This document shows, piece by piece, positions 13,697 through 27,699 of a stretch of DNA of 64,000 nucleotides. This stretch comes from Paramecium tetraurelia (lineage: Eukaryota), in contig CT868430.1 in assembly GCA_000165425.1 (NCBI GenBank), forward strand, positions 372,001 to 436,000, given 5' to 3'. Under the pieces are notes generated by a model. The model ran no database searches, was not told where the DNA came from, and saw only the letters and a program-made list of their open reading frames with translations. Both the position numbers and the translations under genes were made by a program. Numbering within the stretch: the stretch's first letter is position 1; every line of letters begins with the position of its first letter.

Positions 13697-16600
13697 TCAC
13701 CACTCATCAGTATTTTTGATGTTTCCTTCTTTTTCATCTAATGGAACAGCTAATTTAACTTCTGGGACTTTAAAAGTCTCATTCAAATTGATTTTCTCTA
13801 ATGATTAATGTGATTAGTTTACCATCCTCTGACAATGAATTAAAATTAACAGGGATGACTGATTGTTTCCACTTTTAATATTTAAATTTTAACTCCTCAA
13901 ATTCTGCACATGCTTTAATTAAATATTTTAATTAATTTTGTGTCACTGCCACTCTCTTCTCCGGTAATTTTACTTGAGGTTTCAGTTCATTACTAGTCCC
14001 AGTAAATAATGGGATAGCAACATCTTACTCATCCTCATCAATAATTCTATATGATTGAGCATCGCTGCTACTATTTTAGTCAGACGAACCTTTTTTTCTA
14101 TCTGAAATCCTCTTCTTTATCAATTTCGTTTTCATTTATTTATGAAAATGAGTTTCCTCGATCATTTAATTTAATTACTGACTCGTAGATAGTTGTTTAC
14201 CCTCTTCTATTTATTGTATAAATCGAAAGAACTTCATGTAAATGACATCAGACTATATAAATGTGATACTAAACAATTACAATGATGGCTTTAGATGAAT
14301 TCTTTTAATCGAAAAAACTATGTTGCTTTTTTGGTTTCACTTAATTGTTAATATTTTTGTATTAAATCCCTATATGATAAAGTTATAAAGTTATACTCCT
14401 CATTCAAATTCTTATTAGATTTATGAAGATGCTGTATTCTGTAAAGGAGAATATGATGGAAAATCATCCTTATATTGAATGACCAATGCATAAAAAACTT
14501 GGTGGCCACGTTCTCAAACAGCAAGTCTGTTATGTCCTTCCTTATGTCCACTATTAATTAATGTTCATAGTAATACATGGAAACAAGACATAGTTGTTGT
14601 ATATCAACCAAAGACATTTTGAAACGCTGAAAGCATGTTCACATTACAATAGAATCATTCTGATTCCTTTTAAAAAGAATTACTAATCCAGAGAAGTTGG
14701 CATCGATAATTTGTGATTGCAGAGATATTGTAAACAAGAATTGAGGATTTCTAAGCAATTCAGGAGAGCATCAGAATCAAAGAGATTTGTTTTGTTAAAG
14801 AGAATAACTATAACAATGTTCAGCAAACTTGTGTTATTTAAGAGGGAACACATAGCAGCTTTCATTATATCTGGATAATTCTTTAGTTCTTTAGCCTTCA
14901 TTTCCAAAAGGATGGCTTTAATTAACACATTATACCCCGGCAATTATTGATATGGAACATTTTGTTTGACTACAACTGAAATATCGATTAAGTCACACCA
15001 CTCCTTAAGAAAAAAGAAGAAGGCAATGCCTCTTTTGCCAATTCTCTTCTGCCATTCTTCCTAATTGATAATTTCCATCAGTTTATTGATGTTGGCATAT
15101 ATATTTTGGTTGTTTAGTGAGATATTCATAAAAGTGTCTATTCCAATCAAATAAGTCATTAAATTCCTTATTGGTGATTTCATCAGTTTGCTTAGTAAGC
15201 GATCTCCATTCTGGAATTTATGGATCATCTGCTCTTTAAACACTCTGAATTATTTTGGTTCGGAATTCAGGGATTTTAAAATAGGCACTTGCAAAAAAGT
15301 GTTCAACAAATGCCCTTTCATTTTCAGCCAAAAATTTCTGTTTCAATTTCTGCAACACAATACCAAGACATTTATATAAAAAAGATTGATAATTGAGACC
15401 AATCTCTGTCTTGAATTTAAGCAGCTTTTCACTAGTTTTTTCTGTCTCCTCAGAGAATCCCACTTGATTTAAACTTAGTTCCCCTCTATTTAAAATTAAC
15501 TTAATGAGAACGTAATACTATTCCCTAATTGTTTCCTCTTGTTAATCTGCAGATTCTAAAAGTTTGGAGGCTATTTCAATTAATAATTTTTGAGCGTTGA
15601 ACAGATCCTATTGAGATTTATATTCAAAACAGATGATCGACTGTTTATCACTCTATTTTAATATAGTTTAGATAGTATTCAATTGGACAGTTTGATGGTT
15701 CTTTAATTCTGATTTAAGAAATAACTAAATTAATAGGATACTATTACATTGTTTGATGAACAATTTTGTATCTTGTATTAAATATCTAATAATTGCTGCC
15801 CTGACTGACTTAATTATTGGATTTCCTTCACTGGCATCTTTCCTGAATTTACAACACTGCTCCCTTATTATATCCCTTTGTCAGTTCTCACACCTACAAT
15901 TTATTGATTTAAATAGGTTGGAATAATGACTTAGAGATTACAATTCAAACTGCCTTCCAACACTCCATGATTCCATAATCTCCTATTCGTTTGTTGATAC
16001 AAAATCTTATACACTTTTAAATTATTCTCACAAATCTACAGGGATAAATTGACAACATACTTGATCACTATTTAATGCTTGAGTAAATATTTGATTAAGA
16101 TTGAAATATGTTTCGGCTATAAGAGTATGTTGGGTTTTGTTCATTCCTGATGTCACATTGTTGGCTTATTCATTGTACCACAAACACACTTAAATGCTAG
16201 AGGAGGATATTTCTATGAGGGGCACTTCGACGGTCATTTCAACTCCAGATTATTTGTACACAATTTATTTGATAACTTATTATTTGGCTTAAGCACTATT
16301 ATTTGTGGATTATTAATTCTTTTGATAGGCTGGATTCAAGAATGCATCTGAGTATTCGCTTTAAAAACACAAGACTGAAGTGACCATTTTAAGTGAATAA
16401 TAATATTCTGAATGTATTAGTGGTTCGTTCATATTAAATTCCATCAACTACGGCACAATGCTTACTTTAATGATTTATGCAATTTTAAAATCAAAGCTTA
16501 TTTTACCCTATTATGATTTCTTATTAATTAAACCAGTATATTCGTAATCCATGTGCTGTGGCCCAGTTGCTATTAAAAACAAATTAATTTAAATCGAAGC

Positions 16601-16979
16601 TATATTCTCATTATTCGGTGTCAACAATGTCACAATCAGATGCTACTTCTTCAATTGTTCTTCTGTTGTAGACATTTAAAATGCATGAGTCTGTTTAAAC
16701 TACATTATAGCATTTAATCACTTTTTACATATAATTTTCCGTAAAGTTCTTTCGAGCATTCTGTTTCAAATTAGTCATATTCACCTATTTTCATTGATAT
16801 TTTGCCAGCTGGCTATAATACTATGATCACTAGATTAAAAATACCAGATTGTCCATCTTTACCTTAATGCCCGATATTTTCACATTAAAGTCCAATGTAC
16901 CTTAAGTTAGAATAGGTATCGATTCAATATCTGTCACTAGATTCTCTCTTTACTAAGACTTTCCTGCACAAATACCCAT
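13697..16979 (-). CDS. DUF1765-like protein with N-terminal acylation motif and C2-like region
   Basis: Starts MGICAGKS and the frame continues through 16387 (YSLKMVTSVLCF). Contains KFFMHWSFNIRMIFHHILLYR, resembling DUF1765. TGA 13697-13699. Confidence 0.65.
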
Positions 16980-17661
16980 ATAATTATTAATATGTATCTA
17001 ATATAATATATTTAATATTAATCATAAGTTCAATTTATTGTACAAAGTTAAGAAATTTAACCATTTACCTTGAATTCTCCTTTTTCTAGAATTCCCTTTC
17101 CTCTTTTAGTTCTTTCTATAAATTTAAAATAATTATTAATTCTTTGTTTTTAGATCATTATATTAATTTTGGCTTAGCATTTATTATTCATTTTGTATCA
17201 ATTAAATTGATTCTCATTTTATCCAAAAAAAATTGAATATCCTAATTCAAATTATTAGTATTTTCATAGATTAAATAGATGGAAGTCGAACTTAATCACT
17301 TCTAATACTTTTTAATAAGACTCTTAATTTTATCAGCATTTATTTTGCAATTATATAAGTTCTACTTTTCTTTAATTTTTGCTTTTTTATTATTAAATTA
17401 TTGTTGAAAAATAAGGATACTTTGGATTACATTTACTTATAATTATTAAAAATGGTTATTCAAAATAGTAATCATCAAACTTTAACTTTCAATCCTATCT
17501 AATTTTCAAGATTAGTTATAAATAACAATTTAGGTTATAAATATTTCAGCCCTTTAGTGATTACATAAAACTTGAATGAAATTTGTATGATAGTAAGATA
17601 AGATTATTGATTAAGTATTACAAATAGTAGTTCTATAAAGTATTAAAGATATATAATTATT

Positions 17662-18414
17662 TCATAAATCCTCGTTTATCATTTCTTCTTCCAACCATTA
17701 TCTATCTATCATTCCTTCACTATCAATCTTAGGTCTCAGAGGATATGAGGTGGAGGGTCTTCTCTTTCTAGATTTACTCTTTCGATTATTCTATTGAATC
17801 AACTATGCGAGCAAGGCATCAACATAGTCTCCTTTCAGCGGAGATTTAGGAGTTTGGATCATGGATTGGGACCAACGAAGAGTACTCTTTTTTGTGCTTT
17901 CTATATTTCTAAATTTACTTGTACTTGTAGACTGATCCTTTTTTTTTGGACTTTTTGTTTTTCCAGGAGATATTTTTTTAGAGTGACTCTATTTTTATGC
18001 ATTTGGTTTGTTTTCTTTTCCAGGCTTTCTTTTATTTGGACTAGCAGGGTCATCCTCTTCAGTGATTGTTTCTAATTGAGGTTTTTTGCCCATCAAGGCA
18101 TGATATAGAGATTTCTCTGTCACCACATAATTGTTCATGCAAGATACCCAGACCATTTGTTCTCCTGGATATACCAAGCATTGAAGCATGAATCGCTTCC
18201 TTGTTGAATCCAATTAAAGTAAAACCTCTTGGGTTTGAATTTTGAGAGCAACAACATCATTCAACTAAAATTAAACAATCACTTCCTCTTTGTTCGAAAA
18301 ACTTGTAAATTCTAAATCTATTAATGTACAGAAGTTGAGTTGAATCTCCTCAGGCTCTGGGTACATAATTCTTAGATCCTTTGAAGCTCCTTCCACTCTA
18401 ACTAAAATACTCAT
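17662..18414 (-). CDS. hypothetical protein
   Basis: ATG 18414, one tiny intron, open frame to TGA 17662, basic low-complexity C-terminus. Confidence 0.7.
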
Positions 18415-18808
18415 ATACGTTAAAAATTAATTATTAATAATAAAAAAATGCATATTTCTAAAAATGTTTTTATTATTTGAATTAATATTAATCATAAATT
18501 TAATAATACTATCAATAATTACATTTCAAATCTTCCAAGAATTATCTACCCAAACTTGTAACAAAAAACATGGTTTAAATCACAATTAGGTTGCACACAA
18601 TAACAATTAATGTATAGTTGTTAGGTGATAAAATAGAGCGTAATCATTTTGATTTCCATCATTTGAATTGTGACCCAAAATATTGTAGTAGTTTTAAGAT
18701 AGATCTATCATTTTTATGATAAATTAAATATATACAGTAGTTTGAACATTTATATGGTTATCTAAATTTGTTTAATAAATAAATTAAAAATACGATTCAT
18801 TTAAAAAA

Positions 18809-19391
18809 ATGTGCAAATAAGATCTGCCTATTAAAAGAGTTAAAGAGCGTTCTATCAAGGAGGCTAAGCAGAAGGTCGATTAATGGAGAAGCCTATATAA
18901 AAATGGAGAGATTGATGCGAATGGCAAGAAAATTAAGTACAGCTTAAATAAAGCTGCCGAGAAGGTAGGAGTTCCAAAAAAATCCTTAGAGGATTATCGT
19001 TATCTATTAAGGTAGTCATATTCATTCAATATTTAGGAAAGCCTAAGGTTTAGTTGATTTCAATAATGTTGGAGACAAGAGGATGGGGTTTTTGCGTCTC
19101 TTGCTTAAACAGTAAGAATACATAAAAAAGAGAATGGCACCGGCTCACTAAAAAATCTTTATTGATGAAAGATCTCAGATGCATGAACCATAGCATCAAA
19201 ACAATTTTGTAGATATGATTGTAGAAGGAGATACAGTCAAGTAAATTAGGGATAATGAGTATTTGGATTATTCATATGTCCTACCGCATGTTTAATCCAC
19301 CATTGAGGAACATGAAGGAATTCATGAAAAGCAGATGAATATCACTAATACAGATTATGAATGTTAAAATGGACAACTAGTTTTAAATTGA
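18809..19391 (+). CDS. ciliate HTH-like DNA-binding family protein
   Basis: KERSIKEAKQKVDQWRSLY ... YSLNKAAEKVGVPKKSLEDY resembles a helix-turn-helix. One intron near 19012. Confidence 0.65.
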
Positions 19392-20253
19392 ATAATTATT
19401 ATGAATGTCCATTAAAACATGAATAATAAGTTATATTTTTCTCTCATTTTCAGTTCAAATTATTACTTATTTTTAATTGAGTTTGTTAGATGCAAATTTA
19501 TTATTGAACTAACAAGAAAGAAAATAAAGAATCCTGTTGGCAGCTTGGTGGTTTTTAATCATTTTATAGAGTGATTTTTTAGATTCTGGTATTGATAATG
19601 AAAATAAAGTCTAAATAAATAAAATTTGAGAGTTACAAAAGCAGAATTATTTATTTATTTATTTAATATAATTTGAAGACGTAACAAGAAAAAATAATTT
19701 TCTTGGATTGGAAAGCAAGAGATGTTTTATTTAAATGGGTTATATTTTTCACCAAAATTCTGTTAAATTTTTACAGAATTTTCATATTAAGGTTAGGTTA
19801 TTTTATTAAAAAATTATATATAATTATAAAGTTATTTAATATATAATTATTAAATAATAGTTAATTTATCAATAAGATTAAACAGAACCTTAAATTAATG
19901 AATCAATAAAGTTTTTTTAAGCATGAGCAAAGAAGATCATTCTTCACTCAAAATGAAACATTTTTTTATTTCGCAAAAAATCATGTCTCTTGGATATTTT
20001 ATATCTGATCTACTACAAGTCGAAATCATGTTGTAAATTCTCTCAAATGCTAAATAATCTTAAATTAACCATTTGGTTTTTTTAGAATAGCAGCAATCAA
20101 AAAGAACTATAAATTCATTTGAAATTATTTAGTCAAAACATAATGTAAAGTTAAGCCTTCTTAAGAAACATATCAATGTGGATACTAACAGCAAAGATTG
20201 AATGATTTTATATTCTTATTTTATTATTTATAATAGAGAAAATACATTTTATA

Positions 20254-21294
20254 ATGGGAAATTAATGCTAATGCGCAGAAAGCTAGTAAGACACTGAATA
20301 AGTAATCACTTCAGCAAAGAATCCTCAATAAATTTCATTAAATGGTGAACTAAATGATGAACAGATGCAGGCTATGAGTAACTCCAAAAGCAAGTTAACC
20401 CAATTCCAAATAAATGAATAACCTTTGCATACTCCTATTGTAACACCAGGAAAGCAATTACCAGGATCATCAAGATATTTTGAGGCCAAAAAGTCTGCAG
20501 TTGTTGAGAGCTGTAGCGAAGACAACGTGAACAAACAATCATTTGAAAAGAGTTAACATTAATATGAATTTGAAAATGGAGCCATTTATAAAGGAGAGTG
20601 GGTAACAAAATGTTTATTACAATAAGATTGGAGATATAAGAGAAGGGTTTGGAGAATAAATTTGGAAAGATGGGGCAAAATACGTTGGATAGTGGAAAAA
20701 TAACAAGGCTGAAGGTAAGGGTAAATTTTATCATGTTGATGGAGATATATGTATATATTCAAAATATTGTTAGATGAAGGAGAATGGAAAGATGATAAAG
20801 CACATGGAAAGGGGATATATATTCATGTAAATGGAGCATAATATGAGGGAGATTGGTTTGAAGATTAACAACATGGAAATGGAGTGGAAAAATGGACTGA
20901 TGGTAGTAAGTATGATGGAGAATATAAAAACGGATAAAAAGAGGGGATTGGAAAATATTTGTGGCCAGATGGGAGTAGTTATGAAGGATAATGGTTAAAT
21001 AATAAAATTAATGGTTTTGGAAAATATAATTGGGCAGATGGAAGAAGTTTTGAGGGTCTATGGCTGGCAAATTAGATGCATGGAAAAGGTAAGTACAAAT
21101 GGCCAGATGGTAGAGTGTATGAAGGGGATTACATCTATGATAAAAAACATGGGTATGGTACCTATATTTGGAATGATGGAAAGAAGTATGTTGGAAATTG
21201 GTTTGAGGGCAAATAGCATGGGAAAGGATAGTTGATTTTTGCAGATGGGTAAATTATTGAAGGAGAATGGCATGAAGGTAAAAGAATTAAATGA
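20254..21294 (+). CDS. MORN-repeat protein with N-terminal MGxxC motif
   Basis: MGNQCQC start, about 10 MORN repeats ([14 protein letters not shown] etc.), TGA 21292-21294. Confidence 0.9.
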
Positions 21295-21314
21295 AAAATT
21301 AAATTCACTATTTT

Positions 21315-21925
21315 TCACATTATTACACCTGAATCAACTATTCTTACTAATTTTTTTGGTGCTCCATTTGTTGATGAGACTAAACAATAAAAATTAATTA
21401 TTACTTTTCTCCAACTCGTCTAATATACTGTAATCTTCAACGATCTTTCCGAAAACCGAATGCAATCCATCAACCCATGAGCAATCTGTAAAAGTGAAAA
21501 AGAATTAAGATCCTATATTGCCATTTCCATCATTAAACATTGAAATCAGCCCTCTCTAATCATGCTTGAATCGTTTTGGTTCTGCTTTGAAGGTTGGTCC
21601 ATATATGCTACATTATCCTGTGCCATCCTTATTCAAGATATCTCCACCAAGGGCCATGAAATTGCTATAAACCTTGTGAAAAGGAACGTCTTTAAAATTT
21701 AATTTCACATCTTGTCTAGATATCTGATATCATACATGGATTAGATTTTTCTCCTGTACATAATGCTCTAAAGTTTTCACAAGTTTTTGGCATTTCATCA
21801 TAAAACAGTTTAATAATGACACGTTTCGGTTTTTCAGTTCCAATTTTAATATCCAAAAACACTAATTGAACCTTTACAGCTGTTTGCTTGCTGAAACTGT
21901 AAAATAATGAAGAATCAGTAAGCAT
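21315..21925 (-). CDS. cyclophilin-type PPIase (divergent active site)
   Basis: [48 protein letters not shown]. Confidence 0.92.
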
Positions 21926-22039
21926 TATAAATTATTGATAATAATTATTTTTCAATCAAAATTTTCACCCTTTATAAGAAACAAAGAATGGGTTAATTTT
22001 CTAGAATAAATATGCGTTGAAGTTTGATAATTAAAATTT

Positions 22040-23271
22040 TCATTCCTTCTTCACAATAATTTAGGTCATTGTGTCTATGCCAATATCCAAGAGTTATTGT
22101 GAAACATCTTGAAGTTATAGTTTTTGAATTGGGCAAATCAAAATGAATCTCATAGGTTGTTGCCTGCTTTCGAAGAAAATGAAATCGTAAAGATCCTATA
22201 TAATCAAACATGAAATACTTCAACAGTCGCATCATAACTAAAAGTGTATTGTTTATTTTATCCACCAGGCAACTAAAATAGGATAACTAAGCCTTCCTCC
22301 AATTACATACTAAATTTCTAACTATGTATCAATAGCATCTTACTTATTCAAGTGTCATTAAGATAATAGATCTATACTCAGCATCGAGTGGATCAATATT
22401 AAAATTTGGATAATTTACTGCTGATTTTTAATTCTAAAATTAAACGCCCTATCCTTGAAATTTGGGAGTAGATTACTTCTTCTGTGGTTATTGAACATCT
22501 TCAAATTCCTCATCTGTTGATTCCTAAAATATTACCCATAAGTACATATTTCTCTCCTTTGCTTTGTTTTAATGCCTTTTCCATCTCAACTTCATCTGAG
22601 CCTCCTATGTTCAATTTATAGTTCTTCTTCTTAACTCTTCTATCGTGAACTTATTTAATGAACTAGGTAGTAAGAACCTTTTACCGATCGTTCTAATCGA
22701 TATTCTATTAAGGAATGATGAGATTATAAATACATCCAATTATGGAGGGGGATAAACACCCTTTACAACAAAGATTTGATATCCATTCTCCTTTACTGAT
22801 AGTAGGAATGCTGATAGATAAAAATCACTAATTATTTCTGGTCCTCTTTTATTGGTTGAATTTAGATTGTACCAAACGTTTTCAATCTTTCTTATTGAAA
22901 ACCAATGAGCTTAAGAATTGCATATAAATCCACTCTCTTGACTTAATTTATATGAAGGGTATCAAATACCTCAAGTCTTAATTTTGGTTGATTTTTGAAT
23001 CAACGGATTCAATATACAAATCTCCTAACTTTTTTAAAGCCTCAGCTAAAACCTAAATCGAGAAATTCCCATCTTCTGCAACATTCTATGATCTGTAACG
23101 ATGCCCTGTTTTCCCCAGCAATTCGATTTCCTATCTATCTAATTCTTGAGCAATCGTTGCTAAATCAACCTCATTAAAATAGGGTCCTTATAAAAGAGAG
23201 TTGATGCAATGCACACCACATAATTGATCATAGCCCTATTTTTCCCAATATACGAGTTGTTAATAATTCAT
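22040..23271 (-). CDS. ataxin-3-like Josephin deubiquitinase with UIM and C-terminal UBX-like domain
   Basis: VYWEKQ..LCGVHCINSLLQGPYF, AHWFSIRKI..WYNLNS, UIM DEVEMEKALKQS, and UBX-like FQLPGGQ..YTF..TVEDLYDFI. Confidence 0.88.
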
Positions 23272-23387
23272 AAAATAATTAACATTTATTTATACTGCAT
23301 GATTTTATTAATTGATATCGACAAATATTGATCTAATACGATGATAAATTAGTGGAATATTAAATGAACAATATTTATTACTGTAAA

Positions 23388-23903
23388 TCAACTTTATTCC
23401 TTATCTCCTTTTTTTGCTTTTTCTGCTTCCGCAAGAGCCTATGCTTCTGCAGCTGCAGCCGATTTGGCTTCCTCGATTGCCTTGCCGCATAATTATATTC
23501 CGATCATAGTATAATCCCCCTCTAATTGATATAACTCTTAATACATTGTGAAATTATATATTCTGATTAAGCTTTAGTTCTGATTCTGATGACTTCCAAA
23601 TCGTTCTTTTGAGATTAATAAAGTAAATACATCTTGATTCCTCAAATCCCTCTAAATGCACTTTTTAGTCACATTCCATAAATCAGCAACCAAAGCAGAC
23701 ATGTGAACAGCCTTTTCATAAGAGATGTTCTTTTCTGATCTTTTCAATGGAATACCTAAAATATATGGTTTCTGTTTAAATTACAATCCTAATTGAATAT
23801 GACATAACCATTAGCTCCTTCAACGGCTGACAATCCCCTCAAAACTTCATCAACGTTGATATCGTTTATTGGTTACTATTCGAATAAGATGAGAAGTTAC
23901 CAT
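23388..23903 (-). CDS. Roadblock/LC7 dynein light chain family protein
   Basis: VDEVLRGLSAVEGANGYVIFN..IPLK, RDL..NDLEVIRIRTK..YTMIGIQ. Confidence 0.8.
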
Positions 23904-23941
23904 TTCGGAAAATAATAATTTATAATTAATAATAATAAAGT

Positions 23942-24994
23942 TCACATAGTTCTAAAAACATCGCATTATAGTAACTAAAAATAAAAGCAATAAATGATTA
24001 CCTCTTTGGCAGTTGATCGATGATGAGGATCCAAAACAAAGACCTGTCTCAGAAACTCTCTCACATCCTTATCCTAACTATTAATGGTATACTCATTATT
24101 CCTGATTTTAAAGAAGAGTTCTTTTTCAGTTGAACCCTTAAATGGGAAGCTGCCTTACAATAAACCAACAAAAAGGACTCCCAAGGCCCATATATCAGTT
24201 GTCCTCCCATCATACTTCTGCTTTGTGACTACTTCAGGTGACATATAGCTTGGAGTACCACAATGACAAGTAATGCTATTGCATATAGTACTAAACCCGA
24301 AATCTATGAGTTTAATTCTTTTATTGGTTATCAGGATATTCTCAAGCTTGATGTCTCTATGACATATATTCTTCTCGTGGATGTATACTAGGATCTTCAA
24401 TAGTTGATGAATGATATTGAATGCATAATCCTTGGATAAGGCTCTATGTTATTTCACCAAATTGAAGAGACTCTCGTTTCCACAGTACTCCAATACTAAA
24501 TTTATTGTGCTTCCACAATGATACACATCTAATAATTTAACAATCTGCTCATGATTAAGTGCTTTCAATGCACTGATTTCTTTGACAAGATTATTGAGTC
24601 TCTCGCCTTTTAAGAATAACTTTTCATATACTTTTATTGCTACTTTCAACCCTTACTTGTTAGTTCCAAGTCTTACTGTAGCATAGCTCCCCTTACCTAT
24701 TGATTATCCAATCGAGTAAATACTCCCATCACAAGTGGGAGGAATCAATTTTAACAAATTATCATTCACTAAATTTTCAATAGTATTAACATAGGTTCTT
24801 AGCCTGATTTTGTGTAGTCCCTCCACTTTTGTAGTCAAAGGTTCCCTTGAACTTATGTGTTAATCCATTTGTAATGGCTACAATAGCTTTGGTGTTGTCT
24901 TCCTAAACAGTTTGCGATTCTGTATTGGAGTTTCCGAAGTGTGTTGATTCTCTTTATTATCCAAAGATTTCAGCTTAGGTCTCCGTTATTGCAT
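23942..24994 (-). CDS. Ser/Thr protein kinase (CAMKL/MARK-like)
   Basis: GKGSYATV, VAIK, HRDIKLEN, DFG, CGTPSYMSPE. Last intron at about 23975-24001. Confidence 0.92.
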
Positions 24995-25176
24995 ATGTTC
25001 GTTAAAAATTATATATATAGGTTTATTAATTTATTTGGCGCAATCTACTCCTCAAATGGCTTCTATTCCTCCATCATCATTCGAAAATCCTCTGAAATTA
25101 CAGGCTTCTCCTACCTAATTCGCCAATGCAATCAGTCAGATTTCTGTCTAACTAGCCTTATATTAATAATAAATTA

Positions 25177-26070
25177 ATGTCAAAAGAACAAAATAAATTT
25201 AAGCACATTCTCCTTGTCCCCAACATTGTCTCAGATCAAGCCTTCTTGTAAAGACATAAAACATTCCAAACCTATGTAAAAAAAGCTCACTCAGATCTCT
25301 ACTATTTGTAACTGAAGAAGATTGGAGGGTTGAGAAAATCCATTGCAGAAAAGGCTGATTATGGCTAAGTCTTACAACAGATTAAAAGTAACAGACTACA
25401 GAATGAGTATTTGAATCAACAGAAGAAGAATCAAGGGTTTATGTACAATAATTAACTATGGTCAGATAAATACTATAATCAAATCTATCAGATGACTAGA
25501 TTGTCTCAACTCTCAGAAGTTCTCAGTAAACAAAAAACTAAAGGCAGAGATTAATTAATCAAAGATTTTGAAGTCTACTTCAATAAACATGTTCATCCAA
25601 TCAATGATGAATTTACTGAAATCTAAAAGGTTCTTCCTCTTTCAAATTGTACTACCAAGTGCAGTTCAAGAATCAACTCCTAAAAGTTCCTACTACCTAC
25701 AGAAAGACGATTAAATTCCAAATAAGAAACCCAAGAGGATGATATCATTAGAGTCAAATCTCTACAGACCTCCTTCCACAAATCAGTTAATGACAAAATA
25801 GTTAATCTTTTAGATGAAGCCAGCAATTTACACATCCAGAATCTGGAAACCATCAAGTAAGCATCATCAAGATATTTAAATAGAAAAACCAGGGTATTCT
25901 AAACCGAATAGAGCTCCTCTCGAAAAATCATCTATTCTCAAATCTAAAGAAGAAATGAACGCATGAACATTCAAACTTCGATGAGAAATAGATAAATTCA
26001 TTTTAAAAATAAATTTGTATAAGAAAGATTTTAGAAGGAAATAGAAAAATTATCTGCTTAGAACCTTTGA
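25177..26070 (+). CDS. hypothetical protein
   Basis: Open code-6 frame from ATG 25177 to TGA 26068-26070. No family recognised. Confidence 0.65.
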
Positions 26071-26084
26071 GATTTATATTATAA

Positions 26085-26720
26085 TCATATTTTGATTAAT
26101 CCTGATCCCTATATTATTGTGATTTGTCTGTAGATAGGTTCCTTGTATTATTCAAATGATAGCTGCCTCGTTAACGACTCAGGCTGATCATCCATTCTCT
26201 TGCATTCAGATTTGTATAAATGAAATGCTGATTCCTTTTTTATTTGGATATCCTTCGATTCTTGAAACCAATTCAACCTCCTCAACAACAACTTATTCAC
26301 TCTCTTTATTAACTTTTTGATCCTCGCTATTACACTCGACAATGGACAGAAGGGAAAATTTCTTTTGATTGTTGATTTTCTTACTAATATGATTAAGTAA
26401 AGGCTTTAAATAATCTAAGGTCCTTTAGGAATCTCCATAATCAGAGAACCAGTTAATCTCTTTAACAAGTCAAGAACCTATGATTAGATAGAAGCACTTA
26501 CTTACGAAATTGTATTCTCACTTAATTTAGACTCCATCAATGAACACAAAAGCTTCTAGAACTCCAAGTCAATCTAACTCGCTTTTCGATTCATACTTTA
26601 GTTCTCCACATCCAAATCAGTTATTTAATCCTTATGTGAATCCCCCCTTAAATTAGTTAAATGTTCCGTGCTATCTATCATCATTTCCATTTCAATAGCA
26701 ATGTCCCTCTTAGCTTGCAT
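26085..26720 (-). CDS. hypothetical protein
   Basis: ATG 26720, overlaps ORF-track fragment 26148-26342, TGA 26085-26087. Confidence 0.6.
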
Positions 26721-27699
26721 AATAATATAAATATTATTTAATCAACTTAGATTAGAAGCTATTAGAACTTCCTTAACAATAAATAAGTAATTATCTATAT
26801 TTAAAAATATATACAAACTTATTCGTGTGTAATTAATCCGTAAATTCTCAGTAAATTTAAACTCCTCTGAAAAATAAGATATTCTAATACTATTCATGGG
26901 TAATTGTAATCAATATTCAGATAATATCTTCTCAAAAGTTATCTCTAAATTAACAATCAAAAAAAGTGAATTTACATTAATTTTTATTTTAACAATTAAT
27001 TGAGAAGTTCATAAATAATTCGTAAACAAGTTAAAATAAGCATATCTCTTCTTAAATAATATGCTGTTCGTATATAGATATATTTGGATAAAATATTAGT
27101 TCAAATAAATGTTATTAAAAAGTTTTCTATAAAATTTATTTTAACTATGTTTACTAAAATAATCTATGAGTCAGAATTATTATATTTCTAATTTGTTCAT
27201 GGATGATTGAGGTGTTTCTCTTTCATTTCTAAAAGAAAATAATTCGAGTAATTTTATTTCATTTTGATATTATAATTTTAATATACAATTTATCACCTTT
27301 TTAATTATATCTAGATAATATCAATTTCGTAGAGATTCTTGAAATCCGAAAGTTATTCTAAGTGGGTTAATCCCCTTTCTTCCAATGGTTTTTTATCTTC
27401 AATTTTTTTAAAAGTTTATTTATTTATAACAACATAAGATATTGAAATTGTTAAATACAGAAAATGGGTCAAATTCAATGGGCGATAATGTTTTAACTAA
27501 GGTTTGGCTATCGATCCTTAAGATGTTAGCTTCTTGAATTCCAAAGGTATGTTTTCTTCAATTTTTTAAAGATGCATGTCTATGAGCATTAATTATTCAA
27601 TCAGATATTTTATTATGACTTTTTTGATAGAATATATAAAATTCTATTTTGAATATAATTTTCTATTTAAACAGCATTAGAATTCAATATCATAATTTC

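Noticed and set aside
16385..16387. Separate gene start at MVTSVLCF
   Set aside because: The upstream frame is open and continues to ATG 16979.
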